Shown piece by piece: positions 1 to 7,498 of a DNA stretch of 26,166 nucleotides. Under the pieces are notes generated by a model. It made no database searches. It was not told the DNA's origin and was given only the letters and a program-made list of their open reading frames with translations. This stretch comes from an uncultured archaeon. GTDB taxonomy: Archaea; Iainarchaeota; Iainarchaeia; Iainarchaeales; JAAZKV01. The position numbers and the translations under genes are program-made. The stretch is taken from assembly GCA_964387305.1 (NCBI GenBank), contig CAYLWD010000001.1:1-26166 (forward strand). The letters run 5' to 3'. The stretch's first letter is position 1, and each line of letters opens with the position of its first letter.

Positions 1-1
1 A

Positions 2-1153
2 TATTGTTCGTTTAGTGATATTCAAGAACCATTCGATATTGAAGTAATAAATACTGGCTCTGGCGGAGGAGACACAGGAGAATGTGGAGATTTGAGTATA
101 GTTGTTCGCGACATTACAGTAAGCGAAGGGGACTCAAAACAAGAAACATTTTATTTGAAAAATGAATCAGGACAAAGATTCGAAATAACTAGAGTTGATT
201 TGTCAGAAAACGGAATGGAAGTAAAAAATTATTATAATGAAAAATATGCTTTCGCTGACGGCGGAATAGCAGATATAGTACTAAGCATTAATGCCCCACA
301 AGTATCAGGAAGCAGAACCTTCGAGAACACATTAGAAATTGAAGGAGAATTTGCTGACGGAACTACTTGTGAATTTGAGGACATTGGAACAGCAAGATTC
401 AATATTTATGTTCAAGACACTAACCCTAGCGTTAGTACAAATTGTGCAGGATTCACTATAGAAGCCCCCTCAAGAGTAACAATGCAAAACACTGGAAGTG
501 TTCCAGTAAAAATAAGTAACTGGAGTAATAGGGGAGTAGAAGTTTTCGTTGAGACAGGAGCAGAGGTTTCTGTAACAAAAATAATTTTGCCAGAAAACAC
601 TTCACTAAGCCAAAATATTGAAGTAAAAATGATTGAACAATACGGTGAAATACGATTACGCCCAGTAATAGCTGGTTGCTCATTGGGAAGCACAATAATT
701 GCTTTAGAAAATACTGCAAGTGGTAGCTTGGGTAGAGTAACAATGGATGTTAGTATTGTTGAGGACGCAGACTATTACGGATTCAATATTGAATTCAATA
801 ACCCTACAACAAAAACATTTTATGGTACAATAAATATTAATTTCCCTGACACAGGAATAACTAGGAACGTTGATGTAACAATTGCTCAAGGAAAAAGCAT
901 AGTTAATATTGGCGGTTTTAGAAAAGAAGAACTAACCGGAAACGGAACAATAACATTCACTTCTAATGGAGAAGAAATAACCCAACAAGTTAACCCTAGT
1001 TATGGTAGCCTAGTAGGGTTATTTGGTTTAGGCGGAATAACTGGCGTAGGAATAATAGTACTAATAGTAATTGGGTTAGTAGCAGTACTAATAATCCAAG
1101 CAAGGGAACAAGACGAAGGAAAACTCCAAAAAGAAGAATCAGAGAAATGGTAA
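2..1153 (+). CDS. Surface/S-layer-like beta-rich protein with C-terminal transmembrane anchor (5'-partial; frame is open from position 2)
   Basis: The frame has no stop from 2 (YCSFSDIQEPFDIEVINTGSGGGDTGECGDL...) into the 92..1153 ORF. It is rich in Thr/Asn/Ile/Val with Ig-like NxG/NTG motifs, and ends in a hydrophobic stretch GIIVLIVIGLVAVLII plus a short charged tail. Confidence 0.7.
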   Translation, partial: YCSFSDIQEPFDIEVINTGSGGGDTGECGDLSIVVRDITVSEGDSKQETFYLKNESGQRFEITRVDLSENGMEVKNYYNEKYAFADGGIADIVLSINAPQVSGSRTFENTLEIEGEFADGTTCEFEDIGTARFNIYVQDTNPSVSTNCAGFTIEAPSRVTMQNTGSVPVKISNWSNRGVEVFVETGAEVSVTKIILPENTSLSQNIEVKMIEQYGEIRLRPVIAGCSLGSTIIALENTASGSLGRVTMDVSIVEDADYYGFNIEFNNPTTKTFYGTININFPDTGITRNVDVTIAQGKSIVNIGGFRKEELTGNGTITFTSNGEEITQQVNPSYGSLVGLFGLGGITGVGIIVLIVIGLVAVLIIQAREQDEGKLQKEESEKW

Positions 1154-1207
1154 AACCAAAAAAATTATTCTTCGAAAAAAACTTTCGAACAAAAAACTTA
1201 ACAACAC

Positions 1208-1241
1208 CAGAGAGGGTTCTCACACAGGGGGACCCTTTCTG
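1208..1241 (+). terminator. GC-rich 14-bp stem-loop between convergent genes (putative terminator/processing element)
   Basis: CAGAGAGGGTTCTC (1208-1221) pairs with GGGGACCCTTTCTG (1228-1241) using 3 G-U pairs, with a 6-nt loop. Confidence 0.45.
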
Positions 1242-1286
1242 CAAACCCCAAAACTAATTTTTAAAATAAAACTACTTTTTTACTCC

Positions 1287-1577
1287 TCAAATTGTTTCTA
1301 ACCTTTTCTCCAAATCATTATAATCGTGTTTTCTTTCAAGTAAGCAAACTACAATAATATCAGGTTCTTTAACTACATAAATTAATCGAGTTTCTTTCCC
1401 TTGTAAATTAAGACGAACTCTAAATACTTTTCCAAATTTTTTTGAATGAATTCTTTTGAAACGATAAGGGTTAATCAAAATTAAATCAAGCTTTGAATTA
1501 ATAAGATTTTTTGAACGAGAATCAAGTAAAGCAATTTGTTTCAAAAAATAATCAGTTGAAACTAAAGTAAATTTCAT
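1287..1577 (-). CDS. Type II toxin, RelE/ParE superfamily
   Basis: 96-aa basic protein with the RelE-like pattern F.KQ...L...SKNLI..KL..I..NPY...FRVR...RLIY...IVV..L.RKHDY, directly downstream of an RHH gene. Confidence 0.8.
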   Translation of the reverse strand: MKFTLVSTDYFLKQIALLDSRSKNLINSKLDLILINPYRFKRIHSKKFGKVFRVRLNLQGKETRLIYVVKEPDIIVVCLLERKHDYNDLEKRLETI

Positions 1578-1640
1578 TAAAGTGCACTAAAAGAACTGAA
1601 ATTCAATAATTTAAAAGCTTGTTGAGAGTTCTTTGCCGAA

Positions 1641-1910
1641 TTAAGCTTTCAATGATTTTCGAAGAGTTTCTTCAGAAACCAAATTACTTTTAGCCGATTT
1701 CTCTTTCAAAGATTTTTCTATCAAAGAATCAATAAATTCAATTTCTTTATCAGAAAAAGAATTATCATATTTATCTTTTTCAAAAATCTTTTCTCTAAGC
1801 GATTCAGAAATTAGTTCTTGAATATTCCTAAACCCGTAAGACTTTGCAAAAAGCTCAGCAGAAGAGTACAACTGAATAGGCAATTTAACATTAATTTGTT
1901 TCGTATCCAT
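1641..1910 (-). CDS. Antitoxin with N-terminal ribbon-helix-helix (CopG/Arc-like) domain
   Basis: MDTKQINVKLPIQLYSSAELFAKSYGFRNIQELISESLREKI matches the RHH strand-helix-helix pattern. It has a charged C-terminus and lies upstream of the RelE-like gene. Confidence 0.8.
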   Translation of the reverse strand: MDTKQINVKLPIQLYSSAELFAKSYGFRNIQELISESLREKIFEKDKYDNSFSDKEIEFIDSLIEKSLKEKSAKSNLVSEETLRKSLKA

Positions 1911-1942
1911 AGCTACTTATAGATATCAAAAAGAATTTAAAT
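1909..1942 (-). promoter_or_regulatory. Putative TA promoter (TTTAAA box ~1935-1942) with imperfect palindromic operator ATAGCTA-N4-TAGATAT (1909-1926)
   Basis: A TATA-like box lies ~25-30 nt upstream of the antitoxin ATG, implying a leaderless mRNA. A 6/7-matched inverted repeat overlaps the start. Confidence 0.4.
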
Positions 1943-2073
1943 GGATTAGGCAATAGGAAATGTGAAGAAAAAATTTGAAAAACCAAAACAACACAAAAAA
2001 ACTATTTCCTAAAGAAAAACTCTTTTTCTTAAGCTTATTTTTTATTATTTCAACTAATTTCAAGAATTCAATC

Positions 2074-2090
2074 CAACAAAAGTTTAAAAG
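2074..2090 (+). promoter_or_regulatory. Putative BRE/TATA promoter of the orphan gene
   Basis: CAACAAAAG-TTTAAAAG (TATA 2083-2090), followed by GTGAT SD at 2114-2118 and ATG at 2122. Confidence 0.45.
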
Positions 2091-2121
2091 CACAACAAAC
2101 ATTACTAATATTAGTGATTAA

Positions 2122-2808
2122 ATGGGTATAATGAAAAGTGCAAAAAATGAATTAAGAAATTCTATCGCAGCAAGACACAAAGGCGACACTCGTGAACCTA
2201 AAGGAGCTCTAAAAATTCCAGGGAGTATTTACGAGAGACAAATTGCACAACAACAAAGAAGAGCAACAACACAACGAGCAGAAGAAGCTAGGCGCTTCGA
2301 AAGCGCGTGGATTACTGATGCTAAACGAAGAATACAAATGGGAGAAATTAAGTTACCTATAGGAGTTAAACTTACAATCGGAAGCGCAATGGCTGTAGAA
2401 GGACTTTGGAGGAGAAGGGCACAAAGAACGATAATAGATGTGCTTAAATTACGCGGATTGAGTGAAAAAAAAGCACTCGAAGCATCAAAAAAAATAATGC
2501 GCGAAGAATATGATGCTTACTTTATTCAAAAAGCAAAGGGGACTAATGGAGGACTTAATGAAAAGGATGTTAACTTGCTCTTGAACAATGCTACAAGAAG
2601 CACATTAAGAATGATTGCAGAAACAAGCAAAAACATTGAAGGAAAAACACTCATGGAACTACTAAAAGCAAGGGGATATACTACATCACAGGCAAAAAAC
2701 CTAATCGAAAGCGAATTCGAAATTAGAGATGGAGGCACGAAATTCCTTGCACAAACAATACTTGAAATGAAATACACTAGCGAAATGACCCGAACTCAAA
2801 CAAAATAA
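2122..2808 (+). CDS. Hypothetical basic, helical protein (228 aa)
   Basis: Long ORF with SD, an upstream TATA box and A-rich codon usage like the neighbouring genes. I recognise no family. Confidence 0.75.
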   Translation: MGIMKSAKNELRNSIAARHKGDTREPKGALKIPGSIYERQIAQQQRRATTQRAEEARRFESAWITDAKRRIQMGEIKLPIGVKLTIGSAMAVEGLWRRRAQRTIIDVLKLRGLSEKKALEASKKIMREEYDAYFIQKAKGTNGGLNEKDVNLLLNNATRSTLRMIAETSKNIEGKTLMELLKARGYTTSQAKNLIESEFEIRDGGTKFLAQTILEMKYTSEMTRTQTK

Positions 2809-2854
2809 TGAAATTAAATTGATTACAATGAAAACAATTAATCACAAGGATTAA

Positions 2855-2890
2855 TTTAAATACTTGAAGAGCGTTGCTGTTAAAGGAGGA
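2855..2890 (+). promoter_or_regulatory. TATA box (TTTAAATA 2855-2862) and strong SD (AAGGAGGA 2883-2890) for a micro-ORF
   Basis: Canonical archaeal TATA box with a correctly spaced SD, 7 nt before ATG 2898. Confidence 0.55.
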
Positions 2891-2897
2891 ATTATTT

Positions 2898-3002
2898 ATG
2901 CCACCAGTGAAAAGACCTATAGGTAGAATGAGAATGCCAAGCGGAGCACACGCAAGAATACCAATGAAAGCAGGAGGGCCAAGAAGGCCGAGAGGAAGAT
3001 AA
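2898..3002 (+). CDS. Small Pro/Arg-rich basic peptide, 34 aa: MPPVKRPIGRMRMPSGAHARIPMKAGGPRRPRGR (not in the ORF track)
   Basis: ATG at 2898, TAA at 3000-3002, with a strong SD and TATA box. Codons mostly end in A (cca, aga, gga, gca), as in the r-protein genes. Confidence 0.7.
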   Translation: MPPVKRPIGRMRMPSGAHARIPMKAGGPRRPRGR

Positions 3003-3358
3003 GTTTTCTAGGAAATTTTTGTAGAAAAAATTCCCAAAAAGTTAGAAAAGCACGGGATTCCAAGAAGTAGAAAAAAAACCACAAATTCTTGGAAACCTTC
3101 AGGAAATCCTTTAAAAACCTTTGGGTGAGGATAATTAATATTATAGTATGAAAGCTGAGTTTTTTCAGCTTTTTGACAGGTACACTACTCTCTTGCAAAA
3201 CTAGAGAACTGCGGAGGGAGCAAATGCCAATTTTCAAAAAAAATTTGGCTATTTTTGCGTGCGTGGAAACGCGTTAGTGCTCTAAAAAATGAAAAAAATA
3301 ACTGGTGAGTAATTTAGTAAAAATTTAGTTTAAATATAATTGATTTCGGTGAAATATA

Positions 3359-4381
3359 ATGGCGTCATATTCAAAACCAAGGAGAGGCTCAATGGCTTAC
3401 TATCCAAGGGTTAGGGCTAATAAAGAAACCCCAACAATGCACGCTGAAGGAACTGAGCCAAAAGCACTTACTTTTTACTGCTACAAAGCAGGAATGACTC
3501 AAGCAATTGGAAAAAATATTCACAAAGGTAGTCCAACTTTCGGACAAGAAGTTGCTGCACCATCAACAGTAATTGTTTGCCCAAATATGAAAGTGTTTGG
3601 AATAAGAGCTTACAAGAAAGCCGAAATAGGTTATGATGTTTACGGAGATGTTTACGCAGAAAGTATTAGCAAGGATTTGGACAGAAAAATACCAAAGTTT
3701 AAAACAAAGAGTCCGCACGCAAAAAACAAGGGTAAAAAAGAAGTTAAAGAAAAAAGCCCCATCGCAAAAACAGTTGCTGATTTTGAGAAAGCTCTTACAG
3801 AAGGAAAAATTGAATACTTTACTTTAATAGTTAACACCGAACCAAGAAAATTGGGTTTCAAAAAAATTCCTGACTTGGCAGAAGTAGACATCGGTGGAAA
3901 AAAAGAAGAACAATTGAATTATGCTAAAGAAAAACTTGGAAAAGAAATTACTATAGAAGAAGTAGTAAAAGAAGGAGAATTCCTTGACATTAAAGCAGTA
4001 ACAAAAGGAAAAGGATTCCAAGGCGTAATAAAAAGATTCGGAGTAAAAATGTTCCGGCCAAAAGCAAAGAAACAAAGAGTAGTTGGTTCAATTAGTCCGT
4101 GGACTCCACACACAGTAATGTTCACTGTACCACGCCCAGGACAAATGGGTTACCACAACAGGACAGAATACAATAAAAAATTAATTAAAATTTCTAATAA
4201 AGTTGAAGAAATAAATCCTGTATCAGGATTCGCTAATTATGGAATGGTAAAAGAAAAATACGCGTTAATTTTTGGTTCGGTAGCAGGCCCCGCAAAGAGG
4301 TGCATTGCACTGAGGAAAACAGTTAGACCAATAAAGAAATCAGGAATACAATTAGAGAAAGTAATTGGAGTAGTAAAATAA
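3359..4381 (+). CDS. rpl3: 50S ribosomal protein uL3
   Basis: KPRRGSMAYYPRVRA, YKAGMT, DIKAVTKGKGFQGVIKRFG and PRPGQMGYHNRTEYNK motifs; SD GGTGA at 3348. Confidence 0.98.
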   Translation: MASYSKPRRGSMAYYPRVRANKETPTMHAEGTEPKALTFYCYKAGMTQAIGKNIHKGSPTFGQEVAAPSTVIVCPNMKVFGIRAYKKAEIGYDVYGDVYAESISKDLDRKIPKFKTKSPHAKNKGKKEVKEKSPIAKTVADFEKALTEGKIEYFTLIVNTEPRKLGFKKIPDLAEVDIGGKKEEQLNYAKEKLGKEITIEEVVKEGEFLDIKAVTKGKGFQGVIKRFGVKMFRPKAKKQRVVGSISPWTPHTVMFTVPRPGQMGYHNRTEYNKKLIKISNKVEEINPVSGFANYGMVKEKYALIFGSVAGPAKRCIALRKTVRPIKKSGIQLEKVIGVVK

Positions 4382-4397
4382 TTTTTGGTTGATGATT

Positions 4398-5342
4398 ATG
4401 AAAGCAAACATACTTGGAATTGATGGCACAAAAAAAGAAAGTATAGAATTGCCTAGCGTTTTTGAAACAACTTACAACCCTAATTTAATTAATAGGGCAG
4501 TACTTGCAATGCAAAGCGCAAAAAAACAACCCAAAGGAGCTAATCCAAGAGCAGGAAAAAATACTACTGCAATTTATGTTGGAAGCAGAAAAGCACCAAC
4601 TCCGATGCGTTCAATTAATGTTGAAAGAGCAAGATTACCTAGATTGAAAAATAGGAGACAATTGATTGCAGGAAGAGTTGCTAAAGTTCCTCACGCAGTT
4701 GGAGGAATGTCTGCACACCCACCAAAAGCTTGGAAAAAGTATTGGGAAAATATTAACAAAAAAGAAAGACGATTAGCATTAAAGAGTGCAATCGCTGCAA
4801 CAGCAAGCAAAGCACTAGTAGAAAAAAGATTTATTTTTGCAGGCGAATTACCTTTAATTGTTGAAGACAAAATGGAATCAATTACAAGAACAAAAGAACT
4901 AATAGGAATTTTTTCAAAAATTGGTGTAGTAAATGATGTTGAAAATGCTAAATCAAAGATAAGGGAAAGAGCAGGTAAAGGAAAAAAAAGAGGAAGAAGA
5001 TTTAAAGGAAAAAAGAGTTTACTTATTGTTACAGCAAAAAATGATAGAGTACTAAAAGCAGCTAGAAACATGCCTGGCGTAGAAGCAGTTACAATTAATT
5101 CATTAAATGCTGAATTACTTGCACCGGGCGGAGTGGCTGGAAGGCTAGTAGTTTGGACAGAAGGAGCAATAAATGCGCTTGGAGAAGGAAAAAAATCACC
5201 AACTACAAAAAGAGTTAGTGCAAAAGAAACAAAAATTGTTTTTGGAGATTGGAGAAAAAACAGGAAAGCAAAAAGAAATATTGCTGAAGCAAAAACAAAA
5301 GAATTAAAGAAAAGCAATCCAAAAAGTGAAGAGGAAGAATAA
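4398..5342 (+). CDS. rpl4: 50S ribosomal protein uL4 (with ~53-aa C-terminal extension)
   Basis: GG..AHPPKAWK, INKKERRLALKSAIAAT and LLAPGGVAGRLVVWTE motifs. Start moved to ATG 4398. Confidence 0.97.
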   Translation: MKANILGIDGTKKESIELPSVFETTYNPNLINRAVLAMQSAKKQPKGANPRAGKNTTAIYVGSRKAPTPMRSINVERARLPRLKNRRQLIAGRVAKVPHAVGGMSAHPPKAWKKYWENINKKERRLALKSAIAATASKALVEKRFIFAGELPLIVEDKMESITRTKELIGIFSKIGVVNDVENAKSKIRERAGKGKKRGRRFKGKKSLLIVTAKNDRVLKAARNMPGVEAVTINSLNAELLAPGGVAGRLVVWTEGAINALGEGKKSPTTKRVSAKETKIVFGDWRKNRKAKRNIAEAKTKELKKSNPKSEEEE

Positions 5343-5360
5343 AAAATATGGTGAGCATGA

Positions 5361-5816
5361 ATGGTTAAACTTAGTGAAGAACAAAAAAGACAAGAACTAC
5401 AAGAAGAGAATGCTAAAGCACAAGAGAAAACAAATGTTGCTAAAGAGAATATTGCCAAAGCTAGCACTAAAAACAAGGAAGACAAAGCAAAAAAGAACTT
5501 TGAAGCAAAAAAAACAGAGGGAAAAGAAATTAAAGGAATCACAGTTAATGCGACATTAGAAGATTTGGGAATGATTTTTTACCCACTGGTTACTGAAAAA
5601 TCAGTTAACATGATTGAAGCAGAAAATAAAATTACATTTATAATAAATGATAAAGCCAATAGAGAAAAAGTTAAGATACTTGTAGAAAAAATGTATTCAG
5701 TTAAAGTAGTAAAAGTAAATATTGTTAGAGATAGGAAAGGAAGAAAAAAAGCAATTGTTAGACTCGCAAAAGAAAATAAAGCATCAGAGTTAGCAACCAA
5801 GTTAGGAGTATTATAA
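5361..5816 (+). CDS. rpl23: 50S ribosomal protein uL23 (with ~65-aa N-terminal extension)
   Basis: IFYPLVTEKS...NKITFII...KKAIVRL...A.ELATKLGVL; SD GGTGA at 5350. Confidence 0.96.
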   Translation: MVKLSEEQKRQELQEENAKAQEKTNVAKENIAKASTKNKEDKAKKNFEAKKTEGKEIKGITVNATLEDLGMIFYPLVTEKSVNMIEAENKITFIINDKANREKVKILVEKMYSVKVVKVNIVRDRKGRKKAIVRLAKENKASELATKLGVL

Positions 5817-5833
5817 TTTTTTTGGTGAAAAAA

Positions 5834-6556
5834 ATGGGTAAACGATTAATATCACAAAGAAGAGGAAAAGGAAGTCACACCTTTAAAGCAAAACACAAAG
5901 GAATTGCCGCAAGATACTCTGCAATTAACACCCAAAAAATTAATGACACTTTAAAAGGGCATTTAGTTGAATTTATTAAAGACACGGGACGGAATGCAAT
6001 CCTCGCAAGAATAAAATTCAATTCAGGCGAAGAAGAAACTATAGTTGCTGCTGAAGGATTAATTTTGAATCAACCAATTCAACAAGGAAAAGAAGCAGGA
6101 ATTAGTATAGGAAATATTTCAGAAGTACAGTACTTACCCGAAGGATGCCCAATATTCAATATTGAAAAAAATAAGGGCGATGGAGGAGTATTTGTAAAGA
6201 GTGCAGGAAATTATGCATTATTAATGGCAAAAGATAGCAATAGCGTAACAGTAAAAATGCCTTCAGGAAAATTATTGAAATTACCTTTAGATGTTAGAGC
6301 AACAATTGGGAATGCGTCTTGTGGAGGAAAATCAGACAAGCCGTTCGTTAAAGCAGGAACAAAGTTCTATGCAATGAAAGCAAAGAGAAAAATGTACCCG
6401 ACAGTGAGGGGAGTTGCAATGAATGCAGTTGACCACCCATTCGGAGGAGCACAACACCACCCCGGAAAATCTAAGAGCACATCAAGAAACGCACCACCAG
6501 GAAGAAAAGTTGGAGCAATTGCATCAAAGAGAACAGGGAGAGCAAAGAAAGGTTAA
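5834..6556 (+). CDS. rpl2: 50S ribosomal protein uL2
   Basis: MGKRLISQRRGKGS, VRGVAMNAVDHPFGG and APPGRKVGAIASKRTG motifs. Confidence 0.98.
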   Translation: MGKRLISQRRGKGSHTFKAKHKGIAARYSAINTQKINDTLKGHLVEFIKDTGRNAILARIKFNSGEEETIVAAEGLILNQPIQQGKEAGISIGNISEVQYLPEGCPIFNIEKNKGDGGVFVKSAGNYALLMAKDSNSVTVKMPSGKLLKLPLDVRATIGNASCGGKSDKPFVKAGTKFYAMKAKRKMYPTVRGVAMNAVDHPFGGAQHHPGKSKSTSRNAPPGRKVGAIASKRTGRAKKG

Positions 6557-6610
6557 AATTAGAGATGCAATTATGGAAAATTATTTTGAGAAATGTTGAG
6601 AGGTTTTGAT

Positions 6611-7000
6611 ATGGCTAAAGAATTCACTTACAGAGGAAAAACGCTTGAAGAATTAAAGGCAATGCCCCTCGAAGAATTTGGAAAACTATGCAATTCAAGG
6701 GCCAGAAGAAGCTTGAAAGAGGGTTTTGACAAAAAACTTTTTAGCAAAATATTGAAATACAATCCAACGAATGTTAAACAAAAAGCAATTAGAACACACA
6801 GTAGAGATACTGTAATTATACCTCAAATGATTGGAGTAAAAATTGCTCTATATAGAGGAAATACTTTTGAGTTAATTGATGTAAAACCAACAATGATTGG
6901 ACATTACTTAGGAGAATTAATTTTAACACGAAAAAGATTAATGCACGGAAAAGCAGGAATCGGAGCAACGAAGAGTTCAACTGCAATAACTGCAAGGTAG
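6611..7000 (+). CDS. rps19: 30S ribosomal protein uS19
   Basis: FTYRGKTLEELKAM, IRTHSRD.VIIPQMIG and MIGHYLGE motifs. Confidence 0.96.
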   Translation: MAKEFTYRGKTLEELKAMPLEEFGKLCNSRARRSLKEGFDKKLFSKILKYNPTNVKQKAIRTHSRDTVIIPQMIGVKIALYRGNTFELIDVKPTMIGHYLGELILTRKRLMHGKAGIGATKSSTAITAR

Positions 7001-7024
7001 TAAATTTATTATTGGTGAAATGCA

Positions 7025-7498
7025 ATGGTTAAGAAAAATTATCAAGTGGAATTAGGCGACAAAAGAAAGACTGCGCGAGCAATAATAACAAACGCCCAAG
7101 TTTCATTGAAATATGCAACAACTATTTGCAACAAAATAAAGGGACAATTGGTTAACAAATCAATTGCATCAATGCAAAGAATAGAAGCGCACGAAGAATA
7201 TTTACCATTAACAAGATACAACAAAAAAATTGGACACAAAAAAGGAAATGCCTTAGGAACAACAAAATCAGGACGTTACCCAGAAAGAACCGTTGCAAAA
7301 TTTATTGAATTATTAAAATTAGTGAAAAACAATGCAGAAGCAAAAGGACTTGATTCAGAAAAATTGTCAGTTTTGAATGCATTCGCAAGCATGGGAATGT
7401 CAAGATACAATTCACAACCAAAAGGAAAAATTGGCGGAAAAATGCGTAGGCACAAATCAACACACTTAGAAATAATAGTAACGGAAGTGAAAGCATGA
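7025..7498 (+). CDS. rpl22: 50S ribosomal protein uL22
   Basis: VSLKYA, GRYPE and NAE.KGLD motifs; position in the operon. Confidence 0.96.
   Translation: MVKKNYQVELGDKRKTARAIITNAQVSLKYATTICNKIKGQLVNKSIASMQRIEAHEEYLPLTRYNKKIGHKKGNALGTTKSGRYPERTVAKFIELLKLVKNNAEAKGLDSEKLSVLNAFASMGMSRYNSQPKGKIGGKMRRHKSTHLEIIVTEVKA

Noticed and set aside
2012-2030. Perfect 8-bp inverted repeat AAGAAAAA-CTC-TTTTTCTT, and similar A/T palindromes at ~1170-1188 and 3004-3049
   Set aside because: Low-complexity A/T pairing is expected by chance in these intergenic regions, so there is not enough support for a function.
3095-3290. Resemblance of AGGAAATCC and AGTGCTCTAAAAA to RNase P RNA conserved regions, and of GGAGGGAGCAA to SRP helix 8
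   Set aside because: The motifs are incomplete or in the wrong order, there is no P4 pseudoknot partner, and CAGG is not positioned to form the SRP symmetric loop.
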